Below, in pieces: positions 25,457 to 34,559 of a stretch of 64,000 nt of DNA; within the stretch, counting starts at the first letter, position 1, and each line of letters begins with the position of its first letter. The notes below the pieces were generated by a model, which did not search any database, had not been told where the DNA came from, and saw nothing but the letters and a program-made list of their open reading frames with translations. A program made the position numbers and the translations under genes. The DNA is from Candidatus Jorgensenbacteria bacterium (GTDB lineage: Bacteria > Patescibacteriota > Minisyncoccia > UBA6257 > GWB1-50-10): positions 16,071-80,070 of the forward strand of contig JAZDFV010000015.1 of the NCBI GenBank assembly GCA_043807585.1, written 5' to 3'.

Positions 25457-25840
25457 TCACTGCTGCGGGAGCGCGCAGCCGCTCGCCGCGGCGAGCGTTT
25501 CCAATGGCCGTTCTCCTGCCAGCTGCGTCCCGTCGGCAAGCACCCACGTGGGATATCCTTCTACCTTTGCCGCGAGGCATTTTTGCGGCTCCGTGGTGCA
25601 CTCCACGTAGGGTACATGCTTGAACGAGCTTCCGAACATCGCTTTCTGATTTTGGCAGTGCGAGCACCAGTAGGCGCCGTACATCGTCACGTTCTTTGCG
25701 GCTAAGCACTGGGCGAACGCATTGAGTGCTTCATCGGAGTACTTGCCGGTCCCACGTGAATTCAAAAATAAAAATGCAAAAATCAAAATAACAACGAAAA
25801 TCGCCAAAATGATCTTGAATTTCAAACCGTTATTTTTCAT
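25457..25840 (-). CDS. membrane-anchored thioredoxin-like thiol:disulfide oxidoreductase
   Basis: N-terminal TM helix; YGAYWCSHCQNQK CxxC active site. Confidence 0.65.
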   Translation of the reverse strand: MKNNGLKFKIILAIFVVILIFAFLFLNSRGTGKYSDEALNAFAQCLAAKNVTMYGAYWCSHCQNQKAMFGSSFKHVPYVECTTEPQKCLAAKVEGYPTWVLADGTQLAGERPLETLAAASGCALPQQ

Positions 25841-25879
25841 TTTGCGTAATTAACGACATCGTAAGTCGTTAATAATAAG

Positions 25880-26410
25880 TTATTCGTCGCAACAGTCCAC
25901 GAGCTTCTCGAGTATATCCTCCAAGGTCCACGGTTTCTTCATCCCATTCTCGTCGTGTATATTCAGTTTGTCGTCGCCGATCTTCTTCATGTCGCCCGCG
26001 TCAATAAGTTTGAGGCGCAGACCCCAGAAGAGCGCGTAGACGCGGTATGCCTGTCCGAAAAGCTTTTCGGCCTCCTCGCGCTTCCCCTCCCCCAGCGCCT
26101 TCGTCCCCACTTCCATGATGCGCATGGTGGCAGCAAGGAGGTGTTTTGAGATGCACCACGTCTCGCCCTCGTTCTGCGGCATCATTTTAGCAAGGAGCTC
26201 TTTCCGCAGTTCGCGGGTTTCCCTGAGCAGGTCCAGGTACCCAGACTTCTTCGTTTTCTCCGCGGTGAAGAAAAAGTGCTCCTCCAAACTCACGAGGTTC
26301 ATGATGGCGATGGAGAGATCCTCGTCGGAGGAAAGGTCAACCGTGCCTTTTTCCTTGAGCGCGCGGATCTTCTCGGCGAGCGCTTCCATTTTTTTAACGT
26401 TTTCGTCCAT
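25880..26410 (-). CDS. hypothetical protein
   Basis: 176-aa ORF, coiled-coil-like, no recognised family. Confidence 0.35.
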   Translation of the reverse strand: MDENVKKMEALAEKIRALKEKGTVDLSSDEDLSIAIMNLVSLEEHFFFTAEKTKKSGYLDLLRETRELRKELLAKMMPQNEGETWCISKHLLAATMRIMEVGTKALGEGKREEAEKLFGQAYRVYALFWGLRLKLIDAGDMKKIGDDKLNIHDENGMKKPWTLEDILEKLVDCCDE

Positions 26411-26529
26411 AGGTATTAGTGTAACATCTTGAACTTAGTTTTTCATTTATTTGGTTTTATCTTGTTTTATATCCTATTGAACGGCCGTCCAATGGGATAT
26501 ATTTACGAATTTATACTTTCACCTTCCCT

Positions 26530-28671
26530 CTACCCGTGCGGGTGCGGTTTCTCACGCGCCCAGCGGCGCAAAAGGAGCGCATTTGCCGCCACAATGACGG
26601 TGGAGAGCGACATGAGCACGGCGGAAGCGGCAGGCTGGAGGAGGATACCCTGGCTCGCGAGCACCCCGCCGGCCAGAGGAATAGCCACGACGTTGTAGCC
26701 GGTTGCCCAGAAAAGGTTTTGGAGCATCTTCCGATAGGTGGCGCGGGAGAGCGAGATTATTTTCGCGATATCGCGGGGGTCGCTCCTCATGAGCACAATG
26801 CCCGCGGACTCAATGGCGACGTTCGTGCCGGCTCCCACTGCGATGCCGACATCGGCTTGGGTGAGGGCGGGAGCGTCGTTCACGCCGTCCCCCACCATCG
26901 CGACCCGCAATCCGCGCGCCTGGAGCTCCTTCACCTTCGCCGCTTTCTCCTGCGGCAGCACTTTTGCGAAATATTCGTTCAAGTCCAGTTCTTTCGCGAC
27001 CCACTGCGCCACCGCCTCCGAATCTCCAGTGAGCATGGCAACCTTGAGGCCCATCGCTTTCAGGTCGCGCACCGCCTCGCGGGATTCATCGCGGATGATG
27101 TCGGCGAGCGCGATGGCGCCCGCGAGAGCACCATTCGCCGTGACGTAGATAATGGTGCTCCCTCCTTCTACATACTCGCGGAGCGATGCCGCAATGGCCG
27201 GCGGGAGCGGGTGGTTCGTTTCGGTAAACATCGCTTCGCCGCCGGAGGTCACCTGCGCCTCGCCCACCGCGCCCCGCACACCCTTGCCGGGAATCCGCTC
27301 GAAATTCTTAACGGGGAGCAGGGAAACGTTCCCATTTCGTGCTTCACGGACGATGGCTCGTGCCACGAAGTGCTCCGAATTTTGGTCTACCGATGCGGCA
27401 TACTGCAATACCCGGGACTCGGTGAATGGCGCCGCGGCGAGCACCTTCTCTACGCCGTATTCGCCCTTCGTGAGCGTTCCCGTTTTATCAAAGAGCACGA
27501 TATCAATGTTGCGGGCACGCTCCAACGCAAGCCGTTCGCGGACGAGGAATCCCTTCCGCGCCGCGAGGGTGGTGGAGAGCGACGCCACGAGCGGGACGGC
27601 GAGCCCCAGCGCGTGCGGGCACGCGATGACCAGGACCGCGACGAGCCGCTCGAATGCGAACGCGGTGTCCGCTCCCGCGAGGAGCCACCCCACGAACGCG
27701 ATGCCGCCGCTCGCAACCGCGATGAGGGTGAGAAAGAACGCGGCGCGGTCGGAGAGCATCTGGAGGCGCGATTTGGAGGCCTGCGCGTCGCGCACAAGGC
27801 GCATCACCCCCGCAAGGAACGTGTGTTCGCCGATCTTCGTCACCCGCACCGTAAGCGCTCCGTCGCCGTTGATGGTACCGGCAATGACCTCGCTCCCCGC
27901 CCCTTTCTCCACCGGTTTTGATTCTCCGCTCACCATGGATTCGTTCACCTGCGAACGTCCCTCGGTGACCGCTCCGTCGGCGGGAATGCCCGCACCCGGA
28001 CGCACAAACACCACATCACCTTCCTTAAGCTCGCGGAGCCCTATCATGACGCGCTTCCCGTCGCGGATGACCTCTGCGGTGTCAGGGAGAAGTTTGGAAA
28101 GTTCTTTGAGCGCTCCTTGGGTGGATGCCACCGCGCGCATCTCGAGCCAGTGTCCGAGGAGCATGACGGTGATAAGGGTAGCGAGTTCCCAGAAAAGGGT
28201 ATGGCCGTCGCCGGAGAACGTGGCGTATGCGCTCCAGAAATAGGCGGCGGCGATTGCGATGGCGATGAGCGTCATCATCCCCGGGAGCTTCCCGCGGAGT
28301 TCGCGCCACGCCCCCGCGAGGAATACCCACCCCCCATAGAAGAAAATAAGCGAACCAAGCGCAAACGTGAGGTACGGCGCGCCTGCGAACGGCGGCGGAG
28401 CCCACCCGAACAATTGTTCGGGTAGTTCCGAGTAAAGGATGATGGGAACTGTGAGCGCCGCGCTCACCCAAAACTTCTTGAGAAACGACTCCGTTTTGTG
28501 CCCCGCATGCTTGTCAAACGTATCGGCGTTCCCTCCTCCGTGCCGGTGGTCGTCCTCCTTCTTCTCTTTCACCGGCACGAGGTGCATGCCACACTCGGGA
28601 CACATCCCCGGCTGCGACTCTTGCACCTCGGGGTGCATGGGACAAGTAAATGTTTTTTGGCGTGTGTCCAT
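26530..28671 (-). CDS. copB: heavy-metal (copper) translocating P1B-type ATPase, CPH subtype (CopB-like) with N-terminal CPxHPE...CPECGM metal-binding ribbon
   Basis: DKTGTLT phosphorylation motif, TGDS/GDGVNDAP hinge, CPH in the transmembrane metal site. Confidence 0.85.
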   Translation of the reverse strand: MDTRQKTFTCPMHPEVQESQPGMCPECGMHLVPVKEKKEDDHRHGGGNADTFDKHAGHKTESFLKKFWVSAALTVPIILYSELPEQLFGWAPPPFAGAPYLTFALGSLIFFYGGWVFLAGAWRELRGKLPGMMTLIAIAIAAAYFWSAYATFSGDGHTLFWELATLITVMLLGHWLEMRAVASTQGALKELSKLLPDTAEVIRDGKRVMIGLRELKEGDVVFVRPGAGIPADGAVTEGRSQVNESMVSGESKPVEKGAGSEVIAGTINGDGALTVRVTKIGEHTFLAGVMRLVRDAQASKSRLQMLSDRAAFFLTLIAVASGGIAFVGWLLAGADTAFAFERLVAVLVIACPHALGLAVPLVASLSTTLAARKGFLVRERLALERARNIDIVLFDKTGTLTKGEYGVEKVLAAAPFTESRVLQYAASVDQNSEHFVARAIVREARNGNVSLLPVKNFERIPGKGVRGAVGEAQVTSGGEAMFTETNHPLPPAIAASLREYVEGGSTIIYVTANGALAGAIALADIIRDESREAVRDLKAMGLKVAMLTGDSEAVAQWVAKELDLNEYFAKVLPQEKAAKVKELQARGLRVAMVGDGVNDAPALTQADVGIAVGAGTNVAIESAGIVLMRSDPRDIAKIISLSRATYRKMLQNLFWATGYNVVAIPLAGGVLASQGILLQPAASAVLMSLSTVIVAANALLLRRWAREKPHPHG

Positions 28672-28678
28672 TGGTGCG

Positions 28679-28906
28679 CTACGTCAGTTCTCTCTTCTTT
28701 TCCTCATACTCTTTTTTGTTTATCTCCCCTTTGGCATAGCGCTCCTTCAATATTTCAAGCGCTTTGCCGTTGCCGCAACAGGAAGAATGGTGGGTAAACC
28801 ACCGTACCAGCGCCACGAGCGCAATGATCACAAATATCCACCAGAGGAACATCATGAGCGTGCCACCCCATCCCCAACCGCCGCCATATCCCCAATTCCA
28901 CATCAT
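28679..28906 (-). CDS. SHOCT-domain small membrane protein
   Basis: Gly/Trp-rich N-terminus, TM helix, C-terminal LEILKERYAKGEINKKEYEEKKREL SHOCT-like motif. Confidence 0.6.
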   Translation of the reverse strand: MMWNWGYGGGWGWGGTLMMFLWWIFVIIALVALVRWFTHHSSCCGNGKALEILKERYAKGEINKKEYEEKKRELT

Positions 28907-28954
28907 AAATCGTTATCGATGATCTTTATGTGAGGTCCGACTACACCTCGTTAT

Positions 28955-29224
28955 TCACTTTTTCCGCGATGACCGATAGATGGTGAGAATTTCCTTGACC
29001 GCCTTTGCGGTTTTTCCAGAGCGCATTTGTGCGGCGGCATGCGTCGCAAGGTGGTTTTCAAGAATGAGGTCTTCAACGCCGGAGAGCGCTTCCTTGACCG
29101 CCAATGACTGTCGGAGGATATCAATGCAGTATTGTTCGCGTTCCACCATATTTTGGAGACCGCGCACCTGCCCCTCCACGATCTTGAGACGCCGCATGGA
29201 CTTTCGTTTCACGTCAGATTTCAT
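28955..29224 (-). CDS. csoR: CsoR/RcnR-family metal-sensing transcriptional repressor
   Basis: RLKIVEGQVRGLQNMVEREQYCIDILRQ matches the DUF156/CsoR helix-bundle signature. Confidence 0.7.
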   Translation of the reverse strand: MKSDVKRKSMRRLKIVEGQVRGLQNMVEREQYCIDILRQSLAVKEALSGVEDLILENHLATHAAAQMRSGKTAKAVKEILTIYRSSRKK

Positions 29225-29281
29225 AGTCGTCAGTTGTTCGTCGTTCGTTGTAAGTTATCAGTTGTCAGTTGTAAGTTATCG

Positions 29282-30190
29282 CTATACCCCGCAACCGCCG
29301 CCTCCCTGTTTTTCCACCGGTTTCGTTGCCGCGAGAATGCGCTGAAATCCCTCTCCGCTCGAGAAATCATATCCCAGGAGCGTTTTCGGGTCCGCCTCTT
29401 CCCACGTCGTTCCCCGCTCCTTCAGGTATGCGGCAATGGTGCGGTACTGGTCGGGAAACCAATAGGAATTCACGGCGAGCGCGGCACGGTACATGGCCGC
29501 TTCATCGGCGCCCTGCGCGGCCATGAGTTCCAGGAGCCCCAGCATCGCCATTCCATGGTTGCAGTCCGGGAAGTAAGTGGCGTTCCCGCAACAGGGGCGG
29601 TAGATGTTCTTGCTCACCCGCTCCACGAGCTCCTGCTGTTCCTTTGTGAGCGTTATGAACGAGTGGGCGCTGTAGTGGTCCATCGCATCCCCTTTCGCGA
29701 GCGTCCAGCCGCCGGTGGAAGCGAAACGAGCCGCGCCGCCGTAGCGGGCCTGCCCGCCATCGCTGCGCTCAGGCGCTTGCGGGCGGGGATCTGCCATCGG
29801 CCCCTCCTCCAGAATGGGATTTTTGTTGGCCAGGCCGAACGCCCAGAAAAAGTTCAGGAGTACAGGCGCATTTTGTGCATTAATGCGGAGTGGCGCTTCA
29901 TTCCCGCCATAGAGTAGCGCCTTTTCGCCGGGAGCGAGGCCGCCCCTTGTGCTGTAGAGCGCTTCAAATTTTTCTCCGTCAATCACGCCCGCGGCGATGA
30001 GCCGGGGACCGATATCTTCTATGCGGGCGGGAAGCATGACGCCTTCCGCAGGGAGGAAAGTACTAATGACCGTGGCGACCTCCTGCGACGGAAGTGTCCG
30101 GCGGCCTTCGTGATATATCCAACCGATGCCCACTATGAGCACGGCGAGAAACAGGGAAAGCGGTATGAGGTAACGTGTGCGATCGGTTTC
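29282..30190 (-). CDS. membrane-anchored hypothetical protein with CCGNATYFPDCNHG Cys/His motif (start taken at internal METDRT)
   Basis: ORF track extends to 30352 but overlaps the ccdA-like gene; single N-terminal TM helix then soluble domain. Confidence 0.45.
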   Translation of the reverse strand, partial: ETDRTRYLIPLSLFLAVLIVGIGWIYHEGRRTLPSQEVATVISTFLPAEGVMLPARIEDIGPRLIAAGVIDGEKFEALYSTRGGLAPGEKALLYGGNEAPLRINAQNAPVLLNFFWAFGLANKNPILEEGPMADPRPQAPERSDGGQARYGGAARFASTGGWTLAKGDAMDHYSAHSFITLTKEQQELVERVSKNIYRPCCGNATYFPDCNHGMAMLGLLELMAAQGADEAAMYRAALAVNSYWFPDQYRTIAAYLKERGTTWEEADPKTLLGYDFSSGEGFQRILAATKPVEKQGGGGCGV

Positions 30191-30267
30191 CATAATGCGG
30201 GTATGATACCCCCGGGGGGTATATTGGTCAATGTGGATAACTTTGTTCCTTCGCGAGCCTTGAAGGT

Positions 30268-31056
30268 CTAGAACACGAAGATGAGGAACCCCAGGAGCAC
30301 CATCGCAATTCCGCCCCAGAGGTGCATGCCGCGGACGTTCTCTTTGCGCCACGTTTGAACCTTCGTGAGCAGCGTTTCATTCGCGGCGATCCCGAGAATG
30401 AGAGCGAGTGGAGCCACGAAGATAAGGTTGTAGAGGATGAGATAGCCAAAGCCGGAAATGTAGGTACGGGCGTCGTGGAGGAACCCCAGAACCATGAGGT
30501 AGGGCCCGCCGGTGCATGGAAATTCGCAGAGCGCGACGAAACCACCGAGCGCGAATGCGGCCGGTACAGACGCCTTTTCCATGAACACCGCCATTTTCTC
30601 GTGGGCAGCATCTGGAATCTTCAACTTTATCGGGAACCGCGGGAAGAACACGTTCACAAGATTAATGGCGCCGAGGAGTACGAGGAGCGCGGAGCCAAAC
30701 TTCCCCATGAAGTTCGGGATATTGAAGAGGTGGAGCGCCTGGAGCAATCCCAAACCTATGAGGAGATAGACCACAAAGATGCCGAGGATGTAGGCCAGTC
30801 CCACCTTGAGGATGCCGGAGCGGAGCCGCCCGATGCTGAAGAGGAATGCGATGGTGAGGACGAGCACCGAGAAGGCACAGGGGTTCACGCTGTCTATGAG
30901 CGCCGAGACGAGGAGGAGCGGGATGAATGCCTTGCCTCCATCGGAGAGATTCCAAATTGTAGTGGTGGCGCCGCCGCTCCACTTGAGGAACACGAGGAAG
31001 GCGGCGAGGAGTACCACGATACCGATGAGAACGAATGTGGTTTTGTTTTTGATCAT
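30268..31056 (-). CDS. ccdA: cytochrome c-type biogenesis protein CcdA / DsbD-like thiol:disulfide transporter
   Basis: Polytopic membrane protein with DSVNPCAF and CEFPCTGGPY motifs. Confidence 0.8.
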   Translation of the reverse strand: MIKNKTTFVLIGIVVLLAAFLVFLKWSGGATTTIWNLSDGGKAFIPLLLVSALIDSVNPCAFSVLVLTIAFLFSIGRLRSGILKVGLAYILGIFVVYLLIGLGLLQALHLFNIPNFMGKFGSALLVLLGAINLVNVFFPRFPIKLKIPDAAHEKMAVFMEKASVPAAFALGGFVALCEFPCTGGPYLMVLGFLHDARTYISGFGYLILYNLIFVAPLALILGIAANETLLTKVQTWRKENVRGMHLWGGIAMVLLGFLIFVF

Positions 31057-31063
31057 AGGATGG

Positions 31064-31564
31064 TTATGGCGTCACACGCGCGGCGATACCGAGCGTGAGG
31101 AGCGTGCCCGCGCCCGAATCCAATCGCACTTCACGCGCTATTGCGCCTATGCCTGCAGGTCCGTGCGCCGCCGGGTCAAAGACTGCTTCCACTTGGATTT
31201 CCTCGCCAGGTGCAATCGTGAGATTCCAGTTGGGAACGGGGCTGTGGCCAGGCATGCCGACAGGCCCCATCCTCCTTCCTCTTTGGATGAGCGTCGCTTC
31301 GGTGCACATGCAGGAGGTGTAGAAACGAGTGAGCGGCTGGGGAGTAGAGCCGCTGTTCTTCACGACGAATGTATGCGTGACTTTCCCCGCCGCCATGGAG
31401 ACAGTGCCGAAATCATAGTTGTTTTCCGAGGCGGCGAGGGCGCCCGGCGCGATGGCTTGTGAGAGATCTGCTCCCGCGGGCGCCGTGCCCGGTTTCCCGA
31501 CGATGAAGAGTGCGACGATGAGCACTGCGGCGCCGGCAAGTATAATGGTAGTTTTGTTTTTCAT
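31064..31564 (-). CDS. DUF1573 domain protein (secreted/anchored)
   Basis: YDFGTV...G.VTHTFVVKNSGSTPQPL...SCMCT pattern of DUF1573. Confidence 0.6.
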   Translation of the reverse strand: MKNKTTIILAGAAVLIVALFIVGKPGTAPAGADLSQAIAPGALAASENNYDFGTVSMAAGKVTHTFVVKNSGSTPQPLTRFYTSCMCTEATLIQRGRRMGPVGMPGHSPVPNWNLTIAPGEEIQVEAVFDPAAHGPAGIGAIAREVRLDSGAGTLLTLGIAARVTP

Positions 31565-31657
31565 TTATTCAGTGGTTAATGCCGATAAACACGCTCCCTC
31601 GACAATGGGAGGTGTTGGAAAGTACGCCAGCGGACCCGTTATTGTTCCGCGGCGCGT

Positions 31658-32065
31658 CTACGCCCCGTTCGGGGCGTTCTCCTTCAAGGAGAACCAGTGG
31701 GTGAACTTTTGGAACGAGGCAATGGAGGAAACCTGAGAGAGGCGGCGGCAATAGCCGGGACTGTAGCCGGGCGAAGGCCCCGCCGCAACGGGCGCCGGTA
31801 TCGCGGCAAGGAAGAGCATCGCGCCGAGAACCGCGAGCGTCGCGAGGGTGCCGGTGGAGAAAGTCTTTGCGGCATTGAGGTGGAAGTTCACGTAGGCGAA
31901 GAATTGGTCGGTGAGGGGGCAGGTGGCGCCGTTCACGCGCGCGGCGAGGCACCCGTCGTGGCCGGCTTCCTTAACCATAATAAGGGTGCCGAAGAGCGCC
32001 ACGGCAACGAAGGCGGTGAGCACCACTACCAACGGGATATATTTATTGACGTTTCTTACGGTCAT
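31658..32065 (-). CDS. hypothetical membrane protein
   Basis: 135 aa, two predicted TM helices. Confidence 0.35.
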   Translation of the reverse strand: MTVRNVNKYIPLVVVLTAFVAVALFGTLIMVKEAGHDGCLAARVNGATCPLTDQFFAYVNFHLNAAKTFSTGTLATLAVLGAMLFLAAIPAPVAAGPSPGYSPGYCRRLSQVSSIASFQKFTHWFSLKENAPNGA

Positions 32066-32102
32066 AAATGAGCTCCCATTGTACTCTGTCGCACGGCTTT
32101 CT

Positions 32103-33083
32103 TCAAATTATCCTTTTCACGCACCGATACGCCCAGTACCAGAGCGGCCGGAGCGGGTACTCCCACGTGCCGATCATTTTCACCGCCTTGCCGCCGAAGC
32201 TCTTTTTGAACGCCGTCACGCCTTTCCATTCTCCCTTGGTTTCGCTTACCCCCCAGAGGTCGAACGTGGTACTGAATTTCTGCTTCGCGCCCCGGATGGC
32301 TTCCCAGAGAATGAGCGAAGGGGCGTTGAACTTCCCCATGCCGGCCTTGGAAGCCGCATAGAGGTAGTACGCGCGTTTCCCGAAGTAGGCGACGATGGCT
32401 GCCGCGATCGTTTCGCCCTCAAGCTCCGCGATGAAAAGTTCTGTGTAGCAGCCTGCCTGCGCAGGCAGGTCCCCTTGGAGTTTCGCGACAGCTTCGTAGT
32501 AGCGCTTGTCGTAGGCATGGAGGTCATGCCGCACGTTGGTCTGCTCAAATAGGTCCCAGAACACGCTGAAGGCATGCGTCTTCTCGTCCGCGGTCCTCGC
32601 GATCGTGACCGTAACGCCCCGTCGCCCCGCCGCCCGGATGGCATAGCGCGTGTCGTGCTCCATTTCATGGAGGAGCTCCGGCTCGGGCTTCGTGAGATCG
32701 ATGAGGCGCGTTTCCGACGGCTGGGTATCGCGTCCCCGCCGGAAACCGGCCGCATGGAGCATCGCGGCGTTCTCCGGAGTATCGGGGAGCGCCGGTTCTA
32801 TTTTGAGAAATATTGCTCCCTCCCAATTTTCGGAGGCGAAACCTCCGAAAATGTGCCGAGTGTTAGTGAGCACCGGGCCATGCGGCGCGTACCAATAATT
32901 TTTACCGAACGGAAGTTCATAGCGCACGACCAAAGCCAGCATATCGTCCGTGGCGATGCGGCGCACCTCCCGGCCGAGCGGTTTTTGGAGCTCTCCCCAC
33001 TCCCACGACTGCAGGAGCGAACCGCCATGGGCCGCGACGCGCTCATTCCATAACTCCCTCCCCATTTCCTTTTTCTCGGTCAT
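32103..33083 (-). CDS. FemAB-family peptidoglycan interpeptide-bridge aminoacyltransferase
   Basis: Overall FemX/MurM-like architecture; conserved C-terminal FK.SFGG block. Confidence 0.75.
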   Translation of the reverse strand: MTEKKEMGRELWNERVAAHGGSLLQSWEWGELQKPLGREVRRIATDDMLALVVRYELPFGKNYWYAPHGPVLTNTRHIFGGFASENWEGAIFLKIEPALPDTPENAAMLHAAGFRRGRDTQPSETRLIDLTKPEPELLHEMEHDTRYAIRAAGRRGVTVTIARTADEKTHAFSVFWDLFEQTNVRHDLHAYDKRYYEAVAKLQGDLPAQAGCYTELFIAELEGETIAAAIVAYFGKRAYYLYAASKAGMGKFNAPSLILWEAIRGAKQKFSTTFDLWGVSETKGEWKGVTAFKKSFGGKAVKMIGTWEYPLRPLWYWAYRCVKRII

Positions 33084-33212
33084 CTTATTCTTTGCTCTTT
33101 GCTATTTACTATTTGCTATCTTGACGCTGATTAATGCTGATTTTGGCGGATTTATGCTGATATGTTCCAAGTCATCGGTTATTTTGTCATCCGTCATCGT
33201 CATTGGTCATTC

Positions 33213-34559
33213 TCACCTCATCTCTACGTACTGGGTCGGGTCGAGGTCGCCGCCTACCGGCATGGGGCCGCAACGGCTCGAGGCAGTGGTGCCCTCCGGA
33301 AACCCTGGTCTCGCGGGGGTAAGCGTTTGCGAAGCGAACACGGTGAAGTGGAGGTGGGACCCGGTCGCCCAGCCGGTGTGCCCCACGTAGCCGATAACCT
33401 CACCTTTCGTCACCGGCTGGCCAACAACAACAATAACGCGCGAGAGGTGGCCGTAGAGCGTGGTCAAACCGTTCTCGTGCTTTACCACGATGAATCTGCC
33501 ATAACCGGCATTCCGACAGCCGCGGTACTTGTCCTGGTCTCCCGTGCTGATGACAGTGCCGTTCGCCGGCGCAAAGATCTCGGTGCCGAGAGAGGCGGCG
33601 ATATCAATGCCGTTGTGGTACTGGCTGCCGTAGTTCCGGATGGCGAATTTGGTGCGCCCGTAGAGCTGGCTCACCCTTCCGCCGTTCACGGGCCACAGGA
33701 GCACGCCCACCCGCGGGATTGGGAGGAGGTTCTTGTCGATGGTGCTACGCAACTGGGACTCAATGCCCTCAATCTCTTCGGACACCTGTGCTTGGAGCGC
33801 CTTCAAATCCTCTAGCTGCTGCTGGTAGATCTGCTCCTGGCTTTTGGTCACTGAGAGGAGCACTTGCTTCTCCTGTTTCTGGTCCTGCGCGATGCTCTGT
33901 CGGTTCGCGAGGTTCACCAACTCAACCTCCCGCCGGCGCTTGTTTGCTTCGGTCGTGGCGCGTTTCTCTGCGAGCGCACTCTGCATGTCGCGCAGTTTTC
34001 CGATGTTCTGGACGAGCTGGCCCTGGAGAGTGGTGAGCGTCTGTATCTCCGAGACGCCGCCGCTCAAACTGGAATTGCGGAGGAGCACCATGAGGAGGTT
34101 CTCGCGATCCCGCTGCTGGAGCTCGGTGAAAAGTTTCCCGATGGTCTCCTTGGTGTTCTTGATGCTCTCCTGGGTGTCTATGATCTCGTCACCGAGCTCA
34201 TCGTATTCAAGGTCAAGTTTTTCCACGGTAACTTCGTTCGCGCGTACGGAGAGATTCAGTTGGTTCACGGTGGCGTCAATGGCGCGGAGCTCGTTCTTGA
34301 GCGAATCGCTCGAGCCGCGGACCTCTTCCAGATTCTTTTCAACCACATCCCGCCTGCTTTGGAGCTCCTTCAAGGTCCGTGCTTTCTCCTCGATCTGTGA
34401 GCGCAAGGAACCCGGGGCATTGGGCACGGTTTGCCCAAGTGCGGACGGAGCGGCGAGAATGCCGGCGCCCACGAGCATGGCGAGAGAGAATGCCGCAACA
34501 CGCTGGAGACGCGAGTACCTCATGGTTCGCTTACGACGGGAGCTCCCCGCCGCCGCCAA
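33213..34559 (-). CDS. M23/LytM family metallopeptidase with N-terminal coiled-coil (EnvC-like)
   Basis: Signal peptide, long coiled-coil, C-terminal HNGIDIAA...GYGRFIVVKHENGLTTLYGHLS...GHTGWATGSHLHF. Confidence 0.8.
   Translation of the reverse strand: MAAAGSSRRKRTMRYSRLQRVAAFSLAMLVGAGILAAPSALGQTVPNAPGSLRSQIEEKARTLKELQSRRDVVEKNLEEVRGSSDSLKNELRAIDATVNQLNLSVRANEVTVEKLDLEYDELGDEIIDTQESIKNTKETIGKLFTELQQRDRENLLMVLLRNSSLSGGVSEIQTLTTLQGQLVQNIGKLRDMQSALAEKRATTEANKRRREVELVNLANRQSIAQDQKQEKQVLLSVTKSQEQIYQQQLEDLKALQAQVSEEIEGIESQLRSTIDKNLLPIPRVGVLLWPVNGGRVSQLYGRTKFAIRNYGSQYHNGIDIAASLGTEIFAPANGTVISTGDQDKYRGCRNAGYGRFIVVKHENGLTTLYGHLSRVIVVVGQPVTKGEVIGYVGHTGWATGSHLHFTVFASQTLTPARPGFPEGTTASSRCGPMPVGGDLDPTQYVEMR

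Noticed and set aside
26536-27921. 461-aa plus-strand ORF antisense to the P-type ATPase, with many other long antisense ORFs (e.g. 21170-22258, 33844-34992, 59443-60105, 60517-61404)
   Set aside because: High GC generates long spurious antisense ORFs. They have Arg/Ala/Pro-rich low-complexity translations and overlap well-supported genes on the opposite strand.
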